The position numbers were made by a program, and so were the translations under genes. From assembly GCA_028286685.1 (NCBI GenBank), contig JAQBRA010000002.1, positions 1,073 through 65,072 of the forward strand: DNA of 64,000 nt, written 5' to 3'. The notes beneath the pieces are model-generated. The model ran no database searches, was not told the origin of the DNA, and saw nothing but the letters and a program-made list of their open reading frames with translations. Origin of the DNA: Candidatus Adlerbacteria bacterium (GTDB lineage: Bacteria; Patescibacteriota; Minisyncoccia; Phycocordibacterales; SBAW01). Below, in pieces: positions 53,404-62,377 of the stretch. The stretch's first letter is position 1, and each line of letters begins with the position of its first letter.

Positions 53404-53712
53404 ATGGCTTTGGCTACCCCTCTGGCACACAAAAAAGGCGGCTGTCCCGTACAAAAAACGGCCACTTTGCTGAGCGATACATGGACCATGCTTATCATCC
53501 GGGACCTCCTTGAGGGCCCTAGGCGCTTTTGCGACCTCGAACGCTCGCTTGAGGGCATATCGACCCGCACCCTGACCTTGAAGCTCAAAATCCTCGAGTC
53601 CGAACGGCTTATTAAGAAGCTCAAAGACGGCAGCTACTCGGCGACTCCCCGGGGCAAGGGCCTGCGGGTAGTCGAAAGCGCCATGCGCCGGTATGGAGAG
53701 AAATTTTTATAA
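53404..53712 (+). CDS. HxlR-family winged-helix transcriptional regulator
   Basis: 102 aa with CPVQKTATLLSDTWTMLIIRDLLEGPRRFCDLERSLEGISTRTLTLKLKILE. It is divergent from the LUD gene. Confidence 0.85.
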   Translation: MALATPLAHKKGGCPVQKTATLLSDTWTMLIIRDLLEGPRRFCDLERSLEGISTRTLTLKLKILESERLIKKLKDGSYSATPRGKGLRVVESAMRRYGEKFL

Positions 53713-53715
53713 ACT

Positions 53716-53791
53716 GTGCGGAATAGAAGCTGGGACTTATATTCCTTCCCTCGCTCGCAAATAATAGCGGGCTTTATTTGTCTCACTCGGG
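53716..53791 (-). other. Decayed remnant of a further tRNA-linked element copy
   Basis: Minus sense contains GCGAGCGAGG (block-2 fragment) and ends ...CTTCT-ATTCCGCA-C, a third copy of the tRNA-Gly acceptor 3' strand. It begins with CCGAG, like the spacer after tRNA-Gly. Confidence 0.35.
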
Positions 53792-53803
53792 TGCGGAATG
53801 GGA
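53790..53803 (-). repeat. Direct repeat (distal copy of tRNA-Gly nt 62-73 plus CC)
   Basis: Plus-strand GGTGCGGAATGGGA is identical to 53960..53973. The similarity continues (CTCGG vs CTCGGG) with a 1-nt indel. Confidence 0.85.
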
Positions 53804-53961
53804 ATCGGTCAGGCGTTCGTATAATGCCGTCGCATTATACGCCGCACGACCCTGCCTCGCTCCCGTGCCCGCTGGCACGGGGCCCGCTCCGGCTTTCGAT
53901 TCTCCACACAACCCGCCCCGCGGGTCGTTCATTCCGCACTCTTGTCACTATAGTTCCTCGG
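53792..53961 (-). ncRNA. tRNA-3'-linked structured element, copy 3 (host tRNA-Gly), full length
   Basis: In minus sense a 23-nt spacer comes first. Then follow TGCGGAAT (53938..53931), hairpin 1 ACGACCCGC-GGG-GCGGGTTGT, and GGAGAATCGAA (53905..53895, antisense to tRNA-Gly nt 54-64). The core is the same 99 nt as copy 1, and the element ends GAT+TCCCATTCCGCA. Confidence 0.65.
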
Positions 53962-53973
53962 TGCGGAATGGGA
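53960..53973 (-). repeat. Direct repeat (proximal copy, inside tRNA-Gly 3' end)
   Basis: Identical 14-mer to 53790..53803. Confidence 0.85.
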
Positions 53974-54032
53974 GAATCGAACTCCCGCCCGTTGCTTGGG
54001 AAGCAACTGTTCTACCACTAAACCAATTCCGC
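53962..54032 (-). tRNA. tRNA-Gly(CCC)
   Basis: Reverse complement GCGGAAT-TG-GTTT-AGTGGTA-GAAC-A-GTTGC-TTCCCAA-GCAAC-GGGC-GGGAG-TTCGATT-CTCCC-ATTCCGC-A. Confidence 0.9.
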
Positions 54033-54045
54033 GTACGGGCCTAAT

Positions 54046-54477
54046 TTACCACACGAAGAGCGCCCTGAATATCCTTACGAAAAAGTTGGGCGAGTCGGCC
54101 GACTCGGAGCTTGTGGTGGCCTGCCGCCGCACAATATCTATCTGGCCCTCGCCCGGCCGGGCTACCCCGTAGCGCTCGCGCACGCCCGCCTCCACCCCCC
54201 TATCCGACGACAAAGCGGCTACGGCGGCCCCTACGTGCTTGTGCTGGGACCGGAGCTCTTCCAGCTCGGCGCGAGCGCTCGCATCGGCACCTGAAGCAGC
54301 CACAAACTTGCCGTACATGCCCCAAGTGCCCCGCACCGCTATAAAAGCCACAAATACCAGGAACGCCACGCCGGCCAGGCCGAAACCCGTCTGCATCAAA
54401 TCCTGCCGGCCCGCTCGGCGCTTGCGATAGTCCTGCATGCTCTCATTGTACCCTCTTCCGGGGACCCCTTTATCCAC
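54046..54477 (-). CDS. Septum-formation initiator (FtsB/DivIC-like) protein
   Basis: 143 aa with a TM GFGLAGVAFLVFVAFIAV, a coiled coil ARAELEELRSQHKHV and VRERYGVARPGE (DivIC-like). The start may be an internal Met. Confidence 0.6.
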   Translation of the reverse strand: MDKGVPGRGYNESMQDYRKRRAGRQDLMQTGFGLAGVAFLVFVAFIAVRGTWGMYGKFVAASGADASARAELEELRSQHKHVGAAVAALSSDRGVEAGVRERYGVARPGEGQIDIVRRQATTSSESADSPNFFVRIFRALFVW

Positions 54478-54503
54478 CGCCCTATATGCGCTAGACTAGT
54501 GCT

Positions 54504-54608
54504 ATGTACGGAAAACACCACAGTCGCGTCGTCAAAATCGGCGGATACGTCCTGGCAGTAGTCGTTATTGCCTCGATGGTTATCGCCTACTTCGCTCCGG
54601 CAGTCTAA
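54504..54608 (+). CDS. Candidate 34-aa membrane micro-protein
   Basis: MYGKHHSRVVKIGGYVLAVVVIASMVIAYFAPAV. Below the track cutoff, and its 3' end overlaps the lepA stop. Confidence 0.25.
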   Translation: MYGKHHSRVVKIGGYVLAVVVIASMVIAYFAPAV

Positions 54609-56392
54609 TCGCCTGACTTCACCATCTTAAGGAAGACATCTTCCGGGATGTTTACCTTGCCGCGGCCGAGCATCTTCTTCTTGCCCTTTTTCTGCTTGTC
54701 GCGCAGCTTCATTTTGCGGGTAATGTCGCCGCCGTACATGTGCTGGGTAACATCCTTGGCCATGGCGGACAAGGTTTTGGAAGAAAGTATGCGGCCGGTA
54801 GCCACGCCCTGGATTTTGGTCGTAAACATCTGGCGCGGCAGGATTTTATATAATTTCTCCACAGCAGCAACTGCTTCCTCGTAGGCGCGATGGCTCGCCA
54901 CAATGCGCGTAAACGCGGGAACCGGCTCGTCGGCTACCAAAATATCGAGCCTGGTTACCTCCGCAGGGCGCAGCTCCCCTATCTCATAAGAAATAGAGGC
55001 GTAGCCCGAGGAGGCCGACTTTACCTTGTCAAAGAAGTTGCGCATGAGCTCGCGCAGCGGCATCGACACCTTGAGCATCATGCGCTCCTCGGAAAAGCGG
55101 TCGGTCGAGAGCGTGGTGGCCTCGTGCTCGTACAAAAGCGGCAGGAGATTGCCCAAGTACTCGCCCGGTATCAGAATCTCGGCCTCGACATACGGCTCCC
55201 ATACGTGTGCCACTTCGCCATGGTCCGGAAACAACGGCGGAGAATAGACAATGATGCGCTCGCCTGATTTGGTTTCAACCTCGTAGGTAATGGTCGGCGT
55301 CGTGACAATAAGAGAGATATCGGACTCGCGGCGCAGGCGCTCGGTGATAATTTCCAAGTGGAGCATGCCCAAAAGCCCGCAGCGGAATCCGCGACCCAAG
55401 ACGCCGGACGATTCTTCTTCGTACGAAAGCGACGAATCGGACAAGCGGAGCCGGGAGAGCGCCTGCCGCAGGCCGACAAAGTCGTCCTGGCTCTCGGGAT
55501 AGACGGATGCCCACACGACCGGCCGAGGCTCGGCGTAGCCCGACAGCGGCACGGTCTTAGTACCCTTCGCGCGTACGGTATCGCCGACGCGCGCAAAGCC
55601 CGACTCCTTGATGCCGGTTACGACATAGCCTATCGAGCCCGCGCCCAATTCCGGCACCGGGGTCGGCTGCGGCGAGAATACGCCGACCTCGAGAGCATTG
55701 AAGGTGCGGCCGCTGGCGGAAAACTCCAGAGCATCGCCCTTTTTTATGGCTCCGGCGAAGTTGCGCAAAAAGACGATGATGCCCTGGTGATCCGAGTACT
55801 GGAAGTCGAAGATGAGCGCCTTGGGTTCTTTTTCTTCCGCCTCTTTGGGCGGGGGCACCTTGGCAATGACCGCCTTCAAGAGCTCCTCAACTCCCTCGCC
55901 GGTCTTGCCCGAGCAATGGTAAATTTCGTGCGCCTCGACGCCCAGGAGCCTCATGACCTGTCCCTCTACATCCTCCACGCGCGCCAAGGGAGAGTCTATT
56001 TTGGATAGCGCCGGAACTATCACGAGCCCGAGCTGCTGGGCGCTGCGCAGCACGGTCAGCGTCTGCGCCTGCACGCCCTGGGTCGCATCGACCAGGAGTA
56101 TCGCGCCCTCCACAGCCGTCAGCGCGCGCGACACCTCGTAGCTAAAGTCGATATGGCCGGGAGTATCGATAAGGTTGAGCATGTATTCCTCTCCTTCGAG
56201 GGCGTACTTCATGCGCACCGGCTGCATTTTTATAGTGATGCCGCGCTCGCGCTCAAGGTCCATGGAATCGAGCACCTGCTCGCGCATGCGGCGAGGTTCG
56301 ATAGTCTTGGTGACCTCTAAAAAGCGATCGGCCAGGGTCGATTTACCATGGTCGATGTGGGCGATGATGGAGAAATTGCGTATGCGCTGCAC
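54605..56392 (-). CDS. lepA: Elongation factor 4
   Basis: 595 aa with IRNFSIIAHIDHGKSTLADR, DTPGHIDF and the LepA C-terminal domain. Confidence 0.96.
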   Translation of the reverse strand: MQRIRNFSIIAHIDHGKSTLADRFLEVTKTIEPRRMREQVLDSMDLERERGITIKMQPVRMKYALEGEEYMLNLIDTPGHIDFSYEVSRALTAVEGAILLVDATQGVQAQTLTVLRSAQQLGLVIVPALSKIDSPLARVEDVEGQVMRLLGVEAHEIYHCSGKTGEGVEELLKAVIAKVPPPKEAEEKEPKALIFDFQYSDHQGIIVFLRNFAGAIKKGDALEFSASGRTFNALEVGVFSPQPTPVPELGAGSIGYVVTGIKESGFARVGDTVRAKGTKTVPLSGYAEPRPVVWASVYPESQDDFVGLRQALSRLRLSDSSLSYEEESSGVLGRGFRCGLLGMLHLEIITERLRRESDISLIVTTPTITYEVETKSGERIIVYSPPLFPDHGEVAHVWEPYVEAEILIPGEYLGNLLPLLYEHEATTLSTDRFSEERMMLKVSMPLRELMRNFFDKVKSASSGYASISYEIGELRPAEVTRLDILVADEPVPAFTRIVASHRAYEEAVAAVEKLYKILPRQMFTTKIQGVATGRILSSKTLSAMAKDVTQHMYGGDITRKMKLRDKQKKGKKKMLGRGKVNIPEDVFLKMVKSGD

Positions 56393-56424
56393 TGCACTAA
56401 ACTACCATTTTTAAGGCCTAAAAA

Positions 56425-58095
56425 CTAGCTCGATACATCAGTCGGCTCCAAAATAACCTTAGGCGGCATAAAGCGGTTTTTAAGCGCCAGGTACGTCTCC
56501 GCAATCTCCTTGTTTTTAAGCAGGTAAAGTACCACGGCCGTCACCATAAGCCCCACTGCGCCGCCCACAAAGCCTTGGGTCAAAATGCCGGCAGTAGTAT
56601 TTATATCGACCAAGAGGCCCATGACGGTAAGCGCGACATAAGCCGCGCCGCCGCCCACTATCGAGGCGCCCAGGCTTTCAAACGAGAGCCTCCATAGCGG
56701 CCCCAGGGTCAGCTTGAAGTCGCGGCGCAAGTGCCAGAAGCCGGCCGCAAACCCCGCCAAAGAGCCCAGGGTCATCGCTAGCGCAAGCATGAGGACCGTC
56801 GTGCCCGTGAGGTCGGAAACGCGCAGCATGGCCTCGAGCATGTCGCGCCAGAGGTAATTGCCGTGGAACACCGCAATGAATAGCAGCGCCGAGAGCACCG
56901 AGACGCACACAGTCGTTAATCCGAAATAAAAAGGCTTGGACGTATTGCCTGCCGCATAATACGCGCGGGCAATGAGCATCGATACCGACTGCGCGAGCAG
57001 GGACACGACAAACAGCGCCAGCGCAGCGGCGGTGAGCTTGGTCGCCCCCCAATCGAACGCGCCGGAGCCGAGTATTGCGCGCACCAGCTGCGCGCGCAAA
57101 ACGATTATGAGCACCGTTGCAGGTATGGTCCAGAAGAATATGTGGCGCAGCGCCACCTCAACGTGCCGCGCAAATTCCGAGAGTTCCCCGCCCGCATGGA
57201 GCTTGGAGAGCGTCGGGAATGCCGCGACCGAGTACGACACGCCGATAATAGTCAGCGGCACGGCCTGCAGGTTCCAGCCGAACATGAATACTGCAATGGA
57301 GCCCGGCGCCATAAACGACGCCAGCGCAGTGAGGATGATGAGCGATATCTGCCCGGCGCCCAAGGAAAGCGTGCGCGGCACCGAGAGGCTCAGCACTTTC
57401 CACAGCTCGCGGCGCGACTCGCGCCACGGCATGTGCGTCTGCGGGCGCTCGACCGCAAAGAACGGGAGCTGGACGAGCATATGGAGCGCCGCGCCTATAA
57501 CCACGCCCCACGCGAGGCCCGCAAGCCCCATGCGCGGATACAAAAATACGATACCCGATATGATGCCTAGGTTATATAAAAGCGGCGATATGGAATAGAG
57601 GAAGAACCGGTGCCGCATCTGGGTCAAGTTAGCGAGGATGTTTGAGGCGCCCAAGAATATCGGCTGCAGGAGCAGTATGCGCGCGAGCAGTACCAAGTCG
57701 GGATTTGCAATGCCCGGTGCGATAAGCTGCAGGAGCCAGGGCGCGAGCATGAACACTACCAGCGATATGGCTCCCATTGCCGCAAAGAAAAATAAGAGCA
57801 TCTGCCGCAGGAAGGAAATCATGTGCCCCTCGTCGGTCTCGGCAAGCCTCGAGAGCACCGGCAAGAGCGCATACAGCGACAGGAGCGAAGCGACGGTAGC
57901 AAACAGCAAGTCCGGAATGCGGAATGCCGCATAGTACACGTCGAGTGTATGCGACGCGCCGAACTCCGCCGCCAAGAGCCGGTCGCGCACCAAGGCCAGA
58001 AGCTGGCTGCCCAAGGCAAAAGCCGCCAGCAAGTAGGCGGCCTGATGCATCCCGCGGACCTCGCGCCCTATGACGCTTAAAAAAGCTCGTACCAC
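56425..58095 (-). CDS. murJ: Lipid II flippase MurJ/MviN
   Basis: 556 aa, about 14 TM, with N-terminal LLALVRDRLLAAEFGASHTLDVYYAAFRIPDLLF. Confidence 0.88.
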   Translation of the reverse strand: MVRAFLSVIGREVRGMHQAAYLLAAFALGSQLLALVRDRLLAAEFGASHTLDVYYAAFRIPDLLFATVASLLSLYALLPVLSRLAETDEGHMISFLRQMLLFFFAAMGAISLVVFMLAPWLLQLIAPGIANPDLVLLARILLLQPIFLGASNILANLTQMRHRFFLYSISPLLYNLGIISGIVFLYPRMGLAGLAWGVVIGAALHMLVQLPFFAVERPQTHMPWRESRRELWKVLSLSVPRTLSLGAGQISLIILTALASFMAPGSIAVFMFGWNLQAVPLTIIGVSYSVAAFPTLSKLHAGGELSEFARHVEVALRHIFFWTIPATVLIIVLRAQLVRAILGSGAFDWGATKLTAAALALFVVSLLAQSVSMLIARAYYAAGNTSKPFYFGLTTVCVSVLSALLFIAVFHGNYLWRDMLEAMLRVSDLTGTTVLMLALAMTLGSLAGFAAGFWHLRRDFKLTLGPLWRLSFESLGASIVGGGAAYVALTVMGLLVDINTTAGILTQGFVGGAVGLMVTAVVLYLLKNKEIAETYLALKNRFMPPKVILEPTDVSS

Positions 58096-58131
58096 TCCCC
58101 CATTTTACCTTGGAATATAAGGAAAAGACAC

Positions 58132-58162
58132 AAAACCGCCGCCCGTGATGGGCGGCGGTTTT
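58132..58162 (-). terminator. Terminator between the O-antigen-ligase-like gene and murJ
   Basis: AAAACCGCCGCCC-ATCA-CGGGCGGCGGTTTT in minus sense. Confidence 0.75.
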
Positions 58163-58181
58163 AGTTAGAGCAAGGTCGCGC

Positions 58182-60512
58182 TTATTCCTGCACCGGAGCG
58201 GTGGTGGATTGGGTCGGGGTGGTCGTCGCTCCCTCGAGCGCCGGCTTGCCCGCCTGCATGTTGCTTATGACCAGCTTGATTTCCTGATTGTCCGGATTGG
58301 TGCGAACCAAGTCCTGGAACAACTGCAGCGCTTCTACCTGGCGGCTCTGCGTGTAGTAGCTGAGACCCAGGAAGTACTTGGCGTTCGCATAATCGGCCTG
58401 GATCTTGAGCGCCTGCTCAAGCGGCGCGATAGCCTCCTTCGGGGCTCCGCCTGCGTAGTACAGCAAGCCGAGCTGGAACCACAGGGGCGCTACGCCCGGC
58501 GCCGACTGCACCGCAGCCTGTGCGGCCTGGACCGCCGAGTTAAGGTCGTTGTTGGCGACATTGAGCTGTACCAGGAACAGGATCGCGTCAGTGTAGTTGG
58601 GCTTCTGGGTCAGCGAAGCGCGCAGGTACTCGATAGTGCCCGCCTGATCGCCGTTCATAGCCGAGAGGCGCGACAGCGCGAGCGTAATGGTCGGATTCTG
58701 CGGATTGCGGCTCAGTGCGGCCAGATACGTAGAGCTTGCCTGGGCATACGCGCCCTCTACCTTAAGCGAGGAGAGCAGGTCGTATACGCGCGCCATGGAG
58801 AGGAGCGGCCGGTAATCATCCGGATTTGCGGCGATGGCTTTCTGGCCGGCAGCAATAGTCGACTGCAGAGCGGCGGCAAACTGGGTCTGCAGGTCCGCAG
58901 CAGGAGTGTTTGTATTCTGCGCGAGGCCTGCCAATTTGGTGCCGCCTGCATCTACCTGGAGGCGCAAGGCGTCGCCGATAGACTCAATGCCCTCGGCTTT
59001 GACTGCCAGTGCGAGCGCCTCGTCTGCATTGCCGTTTGCCAAGGCAACGCTTGCCTTGCCGACATACACCTCGGCCAAAGCGCGCTGCGAAGTCTTAGCG
59101 GATGCCACGAGCGCAGCGATAATGATGAGCATGCCGAGCGCCAGCGCGTAGAGCTGCACGGGGCGGCTCGGAGCCTCTTCCGTAACTGCAGGACGCCCCT
59201 GGCGCCACAAGAAGCCGAAGGATGCTCCGGCCAAAGTAAGAGCCAAGAGGATAAGGTTTTGGCTCGGGACATAGAAGATCATGGATGCCAAAAGCAGGAA
59301 GCTGCCTGCGGCGAGCGCCATGGCAAGGCCCTTGTCCTCGCGGTTGAGCACCGATACGCGCCAAGCGCGTGCCAAAGCGGCAAGCACCAGGAGGAACGGC
59401 AGTATCCAAGCCAAGACGCCGAGCACGCCTACGGTGCCGAGCGCAGTCGTGAGCGTCGAGAAGCCGACGTTAAAGTCGAGATTCCAGAACGCGGACTGGT
59501 TAACCTCAGCCGGCTTGTGGGCCAGCCACAACTCGCCAAAGGTGTTAGGGCCCGTGCCGGTAAGTGTGCGACCAAACGAGCCGTCGCGGCCTGCCGAGAG
59601 TACGGCCTGAGTAGACTGGTAGGAAGGGCGGACCTCCAAGGAAGATACGGGGAAGATCGACGTGAGGCCGGTATTGAACAGCGGGCCCCAGAAGATGAAG
59701 GCGATCGAAACCATGGCGGAGCCGATGGCGATCCACGGCATGCGGCCCATAAGGCCGCGGGGCACATGCTGGACTTCGCCCTCCTCGCCGCGATGCGAGA
59801 TAAACGAGTAGAGACCGACGCACAGCGAGGCGACCAGGACCAAGGCCCATGCCAAGCTAAAGTTGACGAACGCCAAGAGGAGTACTAGCGCGACGCCCAA
59901 TACCATAGAGCCGATGCGCATCAGGTTGGACGAGCGGCGCAGCTCTATTTGTACGAGAACAAAGAGGAACGCGAGCGAAGCCAAGAGGCCAAGATCGTTC
60001 CACTTGCCCACGAGGTTGACCGAGCGGTCGGCAAACGTCTGGAACGGTATGACCGAGGTGCCAAAGAGTATGGCGATGAACTGGAATACGACTGCGGCGA
60101 CCAGCGCCCACAGGACCGTCGTGTAGAGCAGGCGTGCGGTGCGCTGAGTGCGGAAGAGCGCCGACGAGAAGACGAAGGCGAGCGCGGCGAGCGTCGTAAA
60201 GAGGACTGTGTCCCACTCTACGCTAAAGCCGCTCCATGAAACGGTGGAGTCGAGCGATAGGAAGGCCGATAATGTATAAGCGGCCGGCAGCAAGAACACG
60301 GCGAGCGTCGCCCAAGCCCCATGCGAACGGACGAACTCGCGCATGCCGCCCCCGGCGACAAACAGCACCGCCGCTCCAAGAAGGAGTGCGGCAAACACGG
60401 CTACCTTTGCTAATTGAAACGGGAACCACGCGGTCGGGATGACCAGCACCAAGGCAAGAACGATACCTGCCAGGTACAGGCCCCGAGACCACGCCTGTAG
60501 TCTTGAGTACAT
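58182..60512 (-). CDS. O-antigen ligase-like (Wzy_C) polytopic membrane protein fused to C-terminal TPR repeats
   Basis: 776 aa with about 12 TM helices in the N-terminal 450 aa and TPR-like repeats in the last about 300 aa (AEVYVGKASVALANGN..., LGLLYYAGGAPKEAIAPLEQAL). Confidence 0.7.
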   Translation of the reverse strand: MYSRLQAWSRGLYLAGIVLALVLVIPTAWFPFQLAKVAVFAALLLGAAVLFVAGGGMREFVRSHGAWATLAVFLLPAAYTLSAFLSLDSTVSWSGFSVEWDTVLFTTLAALAFVFSSALFRTQRTARLLYTTVLWALVAAVVFQFIAILFGTSVIPFQTFADRSVNLVGKWNDLGLLASLAFLFVLVQIELRRSSNLMRIGSMVLGVALVLLLAFVNFSLAWALVLVASLCVGLYSFISHRGEEGEVQHVPRGLMGRMPWIAIGSAMVSIAFIFWGPLFNTGLTSIFPVSSLEVRPSYQSTQAVLSAGRDGSFGRTLTGTGPNTFGELWLAHKPAEVNQSAFWNLDFNVGFSTLTTALGTVGVLGVLAWILPFLLVLAALARAWRVSVLNREDKGLAMALAAGSFLLLASMIFYVPSQNLILLALTLAGASFGFLWRQGRPAVTEEAPSRPVQLYALALGMLIIIAALVASAKTSQRALAEVYVGKASVALANGNADEALALAVKAEGIESIGDALRLQVDAGGTKLAGLAQNTNTPAADLQTQFAAALQSTIAAGQKAIAANPDDYRPLLSMARVYDLLSSLKVEGAYAQASSTYLAALSRNPQNPTITLALSRLSAMNGDQAGTIEYLRASLTQKPNYTDAILFLVQLNVANNDLNSAVQAAQAAVQSAPGVAPLWFQLGLLYYAGGAPKEAIAPLEQALKIQADYANAKYFLGLSYYTQSRQVEALQLFQDLVRTNPDNQEIKLVISNMQAGKPALEGATTTPTQSTTAPVQE

Positions 60513-60620
60513 ATACGATTATGCTTAAGAAGGGCACGATGCCCTCCCCTATTAATACGAACCTCTATCAGTATAAACCCAAGTTTAAAGAAAATATGGA
60601 AAGATGGGGACAGCAAGGCG

Positions 60621-60644
60621 AAACCCCGGCAGTTAGCCGGGGTC
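60621..60644 (-). terminator. Terminator after RNase P RNA
   Basis: Minus sense ACCCCGGC-TAACT-GCCGGGGT followed by TTCGCCTT. Confidence 0.6.
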
Positions 60645-60649
60645 CTCGC

Positions 60650-60942
60650 ATTTAGCGCGCGCGTCTGTAAGCCGAGTTCTGTCGTGGGCTGCAATTTATC
60701 TGGGCCCAGAGTCGCCCCTGGGCTCGAGCGGCACTCCGCAGTTGCCTGCGGCACGGCCTTGCACCCGGGTAGGGATTTTGCCGTTTCACCCGAACTAAAT
60801 CGGTTCGTCACTGTTCGCACCCCTTACGACCGCTAATATCGTACGGCAGGCGTTACCTGCTACCTTGCTACTGCAGTTGCCCGCAGTGGGAGCTCGGACT
60901 TTCCTCTCCGTCTTGCGACAGAGCTGCAACCAAACGCGCTTT
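60650..60942 (-). ncRNA. rnpB: RNase P RNA (bacterial type A, compact)
   Basis: Minus sense contains the universally conserved GAGAGGAAAGTCCGAGCTCC (P4 5' strand) and ACAGAACTCGGCTTACAG (P4 3' strand). The ends are estimated from P1/P2-like pairing and are approximate. Confidence 0.85.
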
Positions 60943-60944
60943 TA

Positions 60945-61424
60945 CTATTGTACCACGATTTTCTGTCCTTCGGCAATGCCGTGCTTTGCGGCAAAGCCGG
61001 CCGGAACTTCAAGCACATAGCGAGCAGGCTGTGTCGGCCTGAACACCTCAGGGAAGCTTTCAGGGGCGACTAGAGGCGCAATGGTGACTATAGTGCCGTC
61101 TGCGGCAACCCAGATGATATCGAGCGGAATGAGCGTATCTTTCATCCAAAAAGCCCACAACTCGTCGGTATCAAATACGAACCACATGCCCCGGCCTTCT
61201 TCCAGACGGTTGCGGCCGCCTAAGCCCCGCTCGCGCAAAGGGTCAGTATCGGCGACCTCGGCCACTACCTCAGTTGAGCCCAGGGAAAGAGTGACGGTTG
61301 AATGCGTGGTCATGGGAGTAGGTACCAGAGCGGGGCGCTGCCCATAAAGCACGAAAGCCGCCCCCAGGGCGGCCGCCAGTGCTAAAAGTATGAGCGGCAG
61401 TTGTAGTGCGGCCCTCACAGGCAA
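60945..61424 (-). CDS. DUF192 domain protein (secreted)
   Basis: 159 aa with a signal/TM, GMWFVFD and IPLDIIWVAADGTIV. Confidence 0.75.
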   Translation of the reverse strand: MPVRAALQLPLILLALAAALGAAFVLYGQRPALVPTPMTTHSTVTLSLGSTEVVAEVADTDPLRERGLGGRNRLEEGRGMWFVFDTDELWAFWMKDTLIPLDIIWVAADGTIVTIAPLVAPESFPEVFRPTQPARYVLEVPAGFAAKHGIAEGQKIVVQ

Positions 61425-61685
61425 TTAGGAGAGGTGCTTGGAGACAAGCTTGGTCATCTCGAACATGTTTACCATGTCCTTGCCGCCGAAGACCTTCTTG
61501 AGGTTCTCGTCAGCGTTGATGTTGCGCTTGTTGGTAGGGTCCTGGAGATCGTGCTTCTTGATGTATACCCAGAGAGCCTTAACGACCTCGGAGCGGGGCA
61601 TAGGGCCCTTGCCCACTACCTCGGCGAGATCATCGCTGATCTGCATCGGCTTCATAAATGCGGAATTTGCTTTTGCGGGTGCCAT
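61425..61685 (-). CDS. SWIB/MDM2 domain protein
   Basis: 86 aa with MPRSEVVKALWVYIKKHDLQDPTNKRNINADENLKKVFGGKDMVNMFEMTKLVSKHL. Confidence 0.8.
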   Translation of the reverse strand: MAPAKANSAFMKPMQISDDLAEVVGKGPMPRSEVVKALWVYIKKHDLQDPTNKRNINADENLKKVFGGKDMVNMFEMTKLVSKHLS

Positions 61686-61783
61686 AAGATTTGTATGTAA
61701 ACTAACTATTTCTAAACGGTTAATAAGACCTGTCTATAGTATACCAGCCCTGCTTAGGCGCAAGGGGGCCTGTTTTACAACTG

Positions 61784-61868
61784 CGGAGGCGGTGAGATTC
61801 GAACTCACGGTGGGTTGCCCCACGCCGCCTTTCCAAGGCGGTGCACTAGACCGCTATGCGACGCCTCC
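61784..61868 (-). tRNA. tRNA-Ser(GGA)
   Basis: Reverse complement starts GGAGGCG-TC-GCATAGCGGTCTAGTGC. The anticodon stem-loop is CGCC-TTGGAAA-GGCG, with a long variable arm, T arm GTGAG-TTCGAAT-CTCAC and discriminator G. Confidence 0.85.
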
Positions 61869-61907
61869 AGTGCTCATACAAAATACCCTTATTTCGGCCA
61901 AAGATAA

Positions 61908-61939
61908 AGGCCGGATTTCTCCTTCGAGGAATCCGGCCT
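61908..61939 (-). terminator. Rho-independent terminator
   Basis: Minus sense AGGCCGGATT-CCTCGAAGGAGA-AATCCGGCCT followed by TTTATCTTT. Confidence 0.7.
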
Positions 61940-61951
61940 GCCGCGTAGCAG

Positions 61952-62275
61952 CTATTTGTGGCGTTTGCCGAAGGTGGTCCGATTCTTCTGGCCGCCCGCT
62001 GACGTCTGATAGATTGTCCGTTTCGGCCTGTCGTCCACCCGAGCCTTCGGCTGCTGGGTCGGCGCCGGGCGCTCATACAGCTTGGCGAAGTCCGACATTG
62101 TCGGGCTTTGTCGAGCCGTAGTTTCGTGCGCGGGCAGAAGCTGCTCGCCTTCCATCCGACCAGAAGGCTCAAACGCCTTCGAAGGCCGCGGTATAAAACC
62201 GGCGTTTCGCGTATTGATGATCGATTTTTCGGTCACGCGGCCGCCGCTGCGCCGTTCAAAAACCACCTGCACCAT
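61952..62275 (-). CDS. Hypothetical basic, probably disordered protein
   Basis: 107-aa ORF bracketed by its own promoter-like site and terminator. No family recognised. The competing track ORFs on this stretch look like frame artefacts. Confidence 0.4.
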   Translation of the reverse strand: MVQVVFERRSGGRVTEKSIINTRNAGFIPRPSKAFEPSGRMEGEQLLPAHETTARQSPTMSDFAKLYERPAPTQQPKARVDDRPKRTIYQTSAGGQKNRTTFGKRHK

Positions 62276-62325
62276 AGTAAGGTCCCCGCTTTAGCCTCTC
62301 CCCCACGGAGAGGCTTACTTCATTA

Positions 62326-62354
62326 ATAGTAGCATATTTGACCCAAAAAGTCAA
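62326..62354 (-). promoter_or_regulatory. Sigma70-like promoter
   Basis: Minus sense TTGACT, 17-nt spacer, TACTAT. A 9-bp hairpin (62293..62315) lies in the predicted 5' UTR. Confidence 0.5.
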
Positions 62355-62377
62355 GCACTACTATAACAGCCTTTCAA

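Noticed and set aside
58209-59888. 559-aa plus-strand ORF (and nested ORFs) over the O-antigen-ligase/TPR gene
   Set aside because: It is Arg/Gly/Glu-rich antisense translation, whereas the minus frame gives a coherent 12-TM plus TPR protein.
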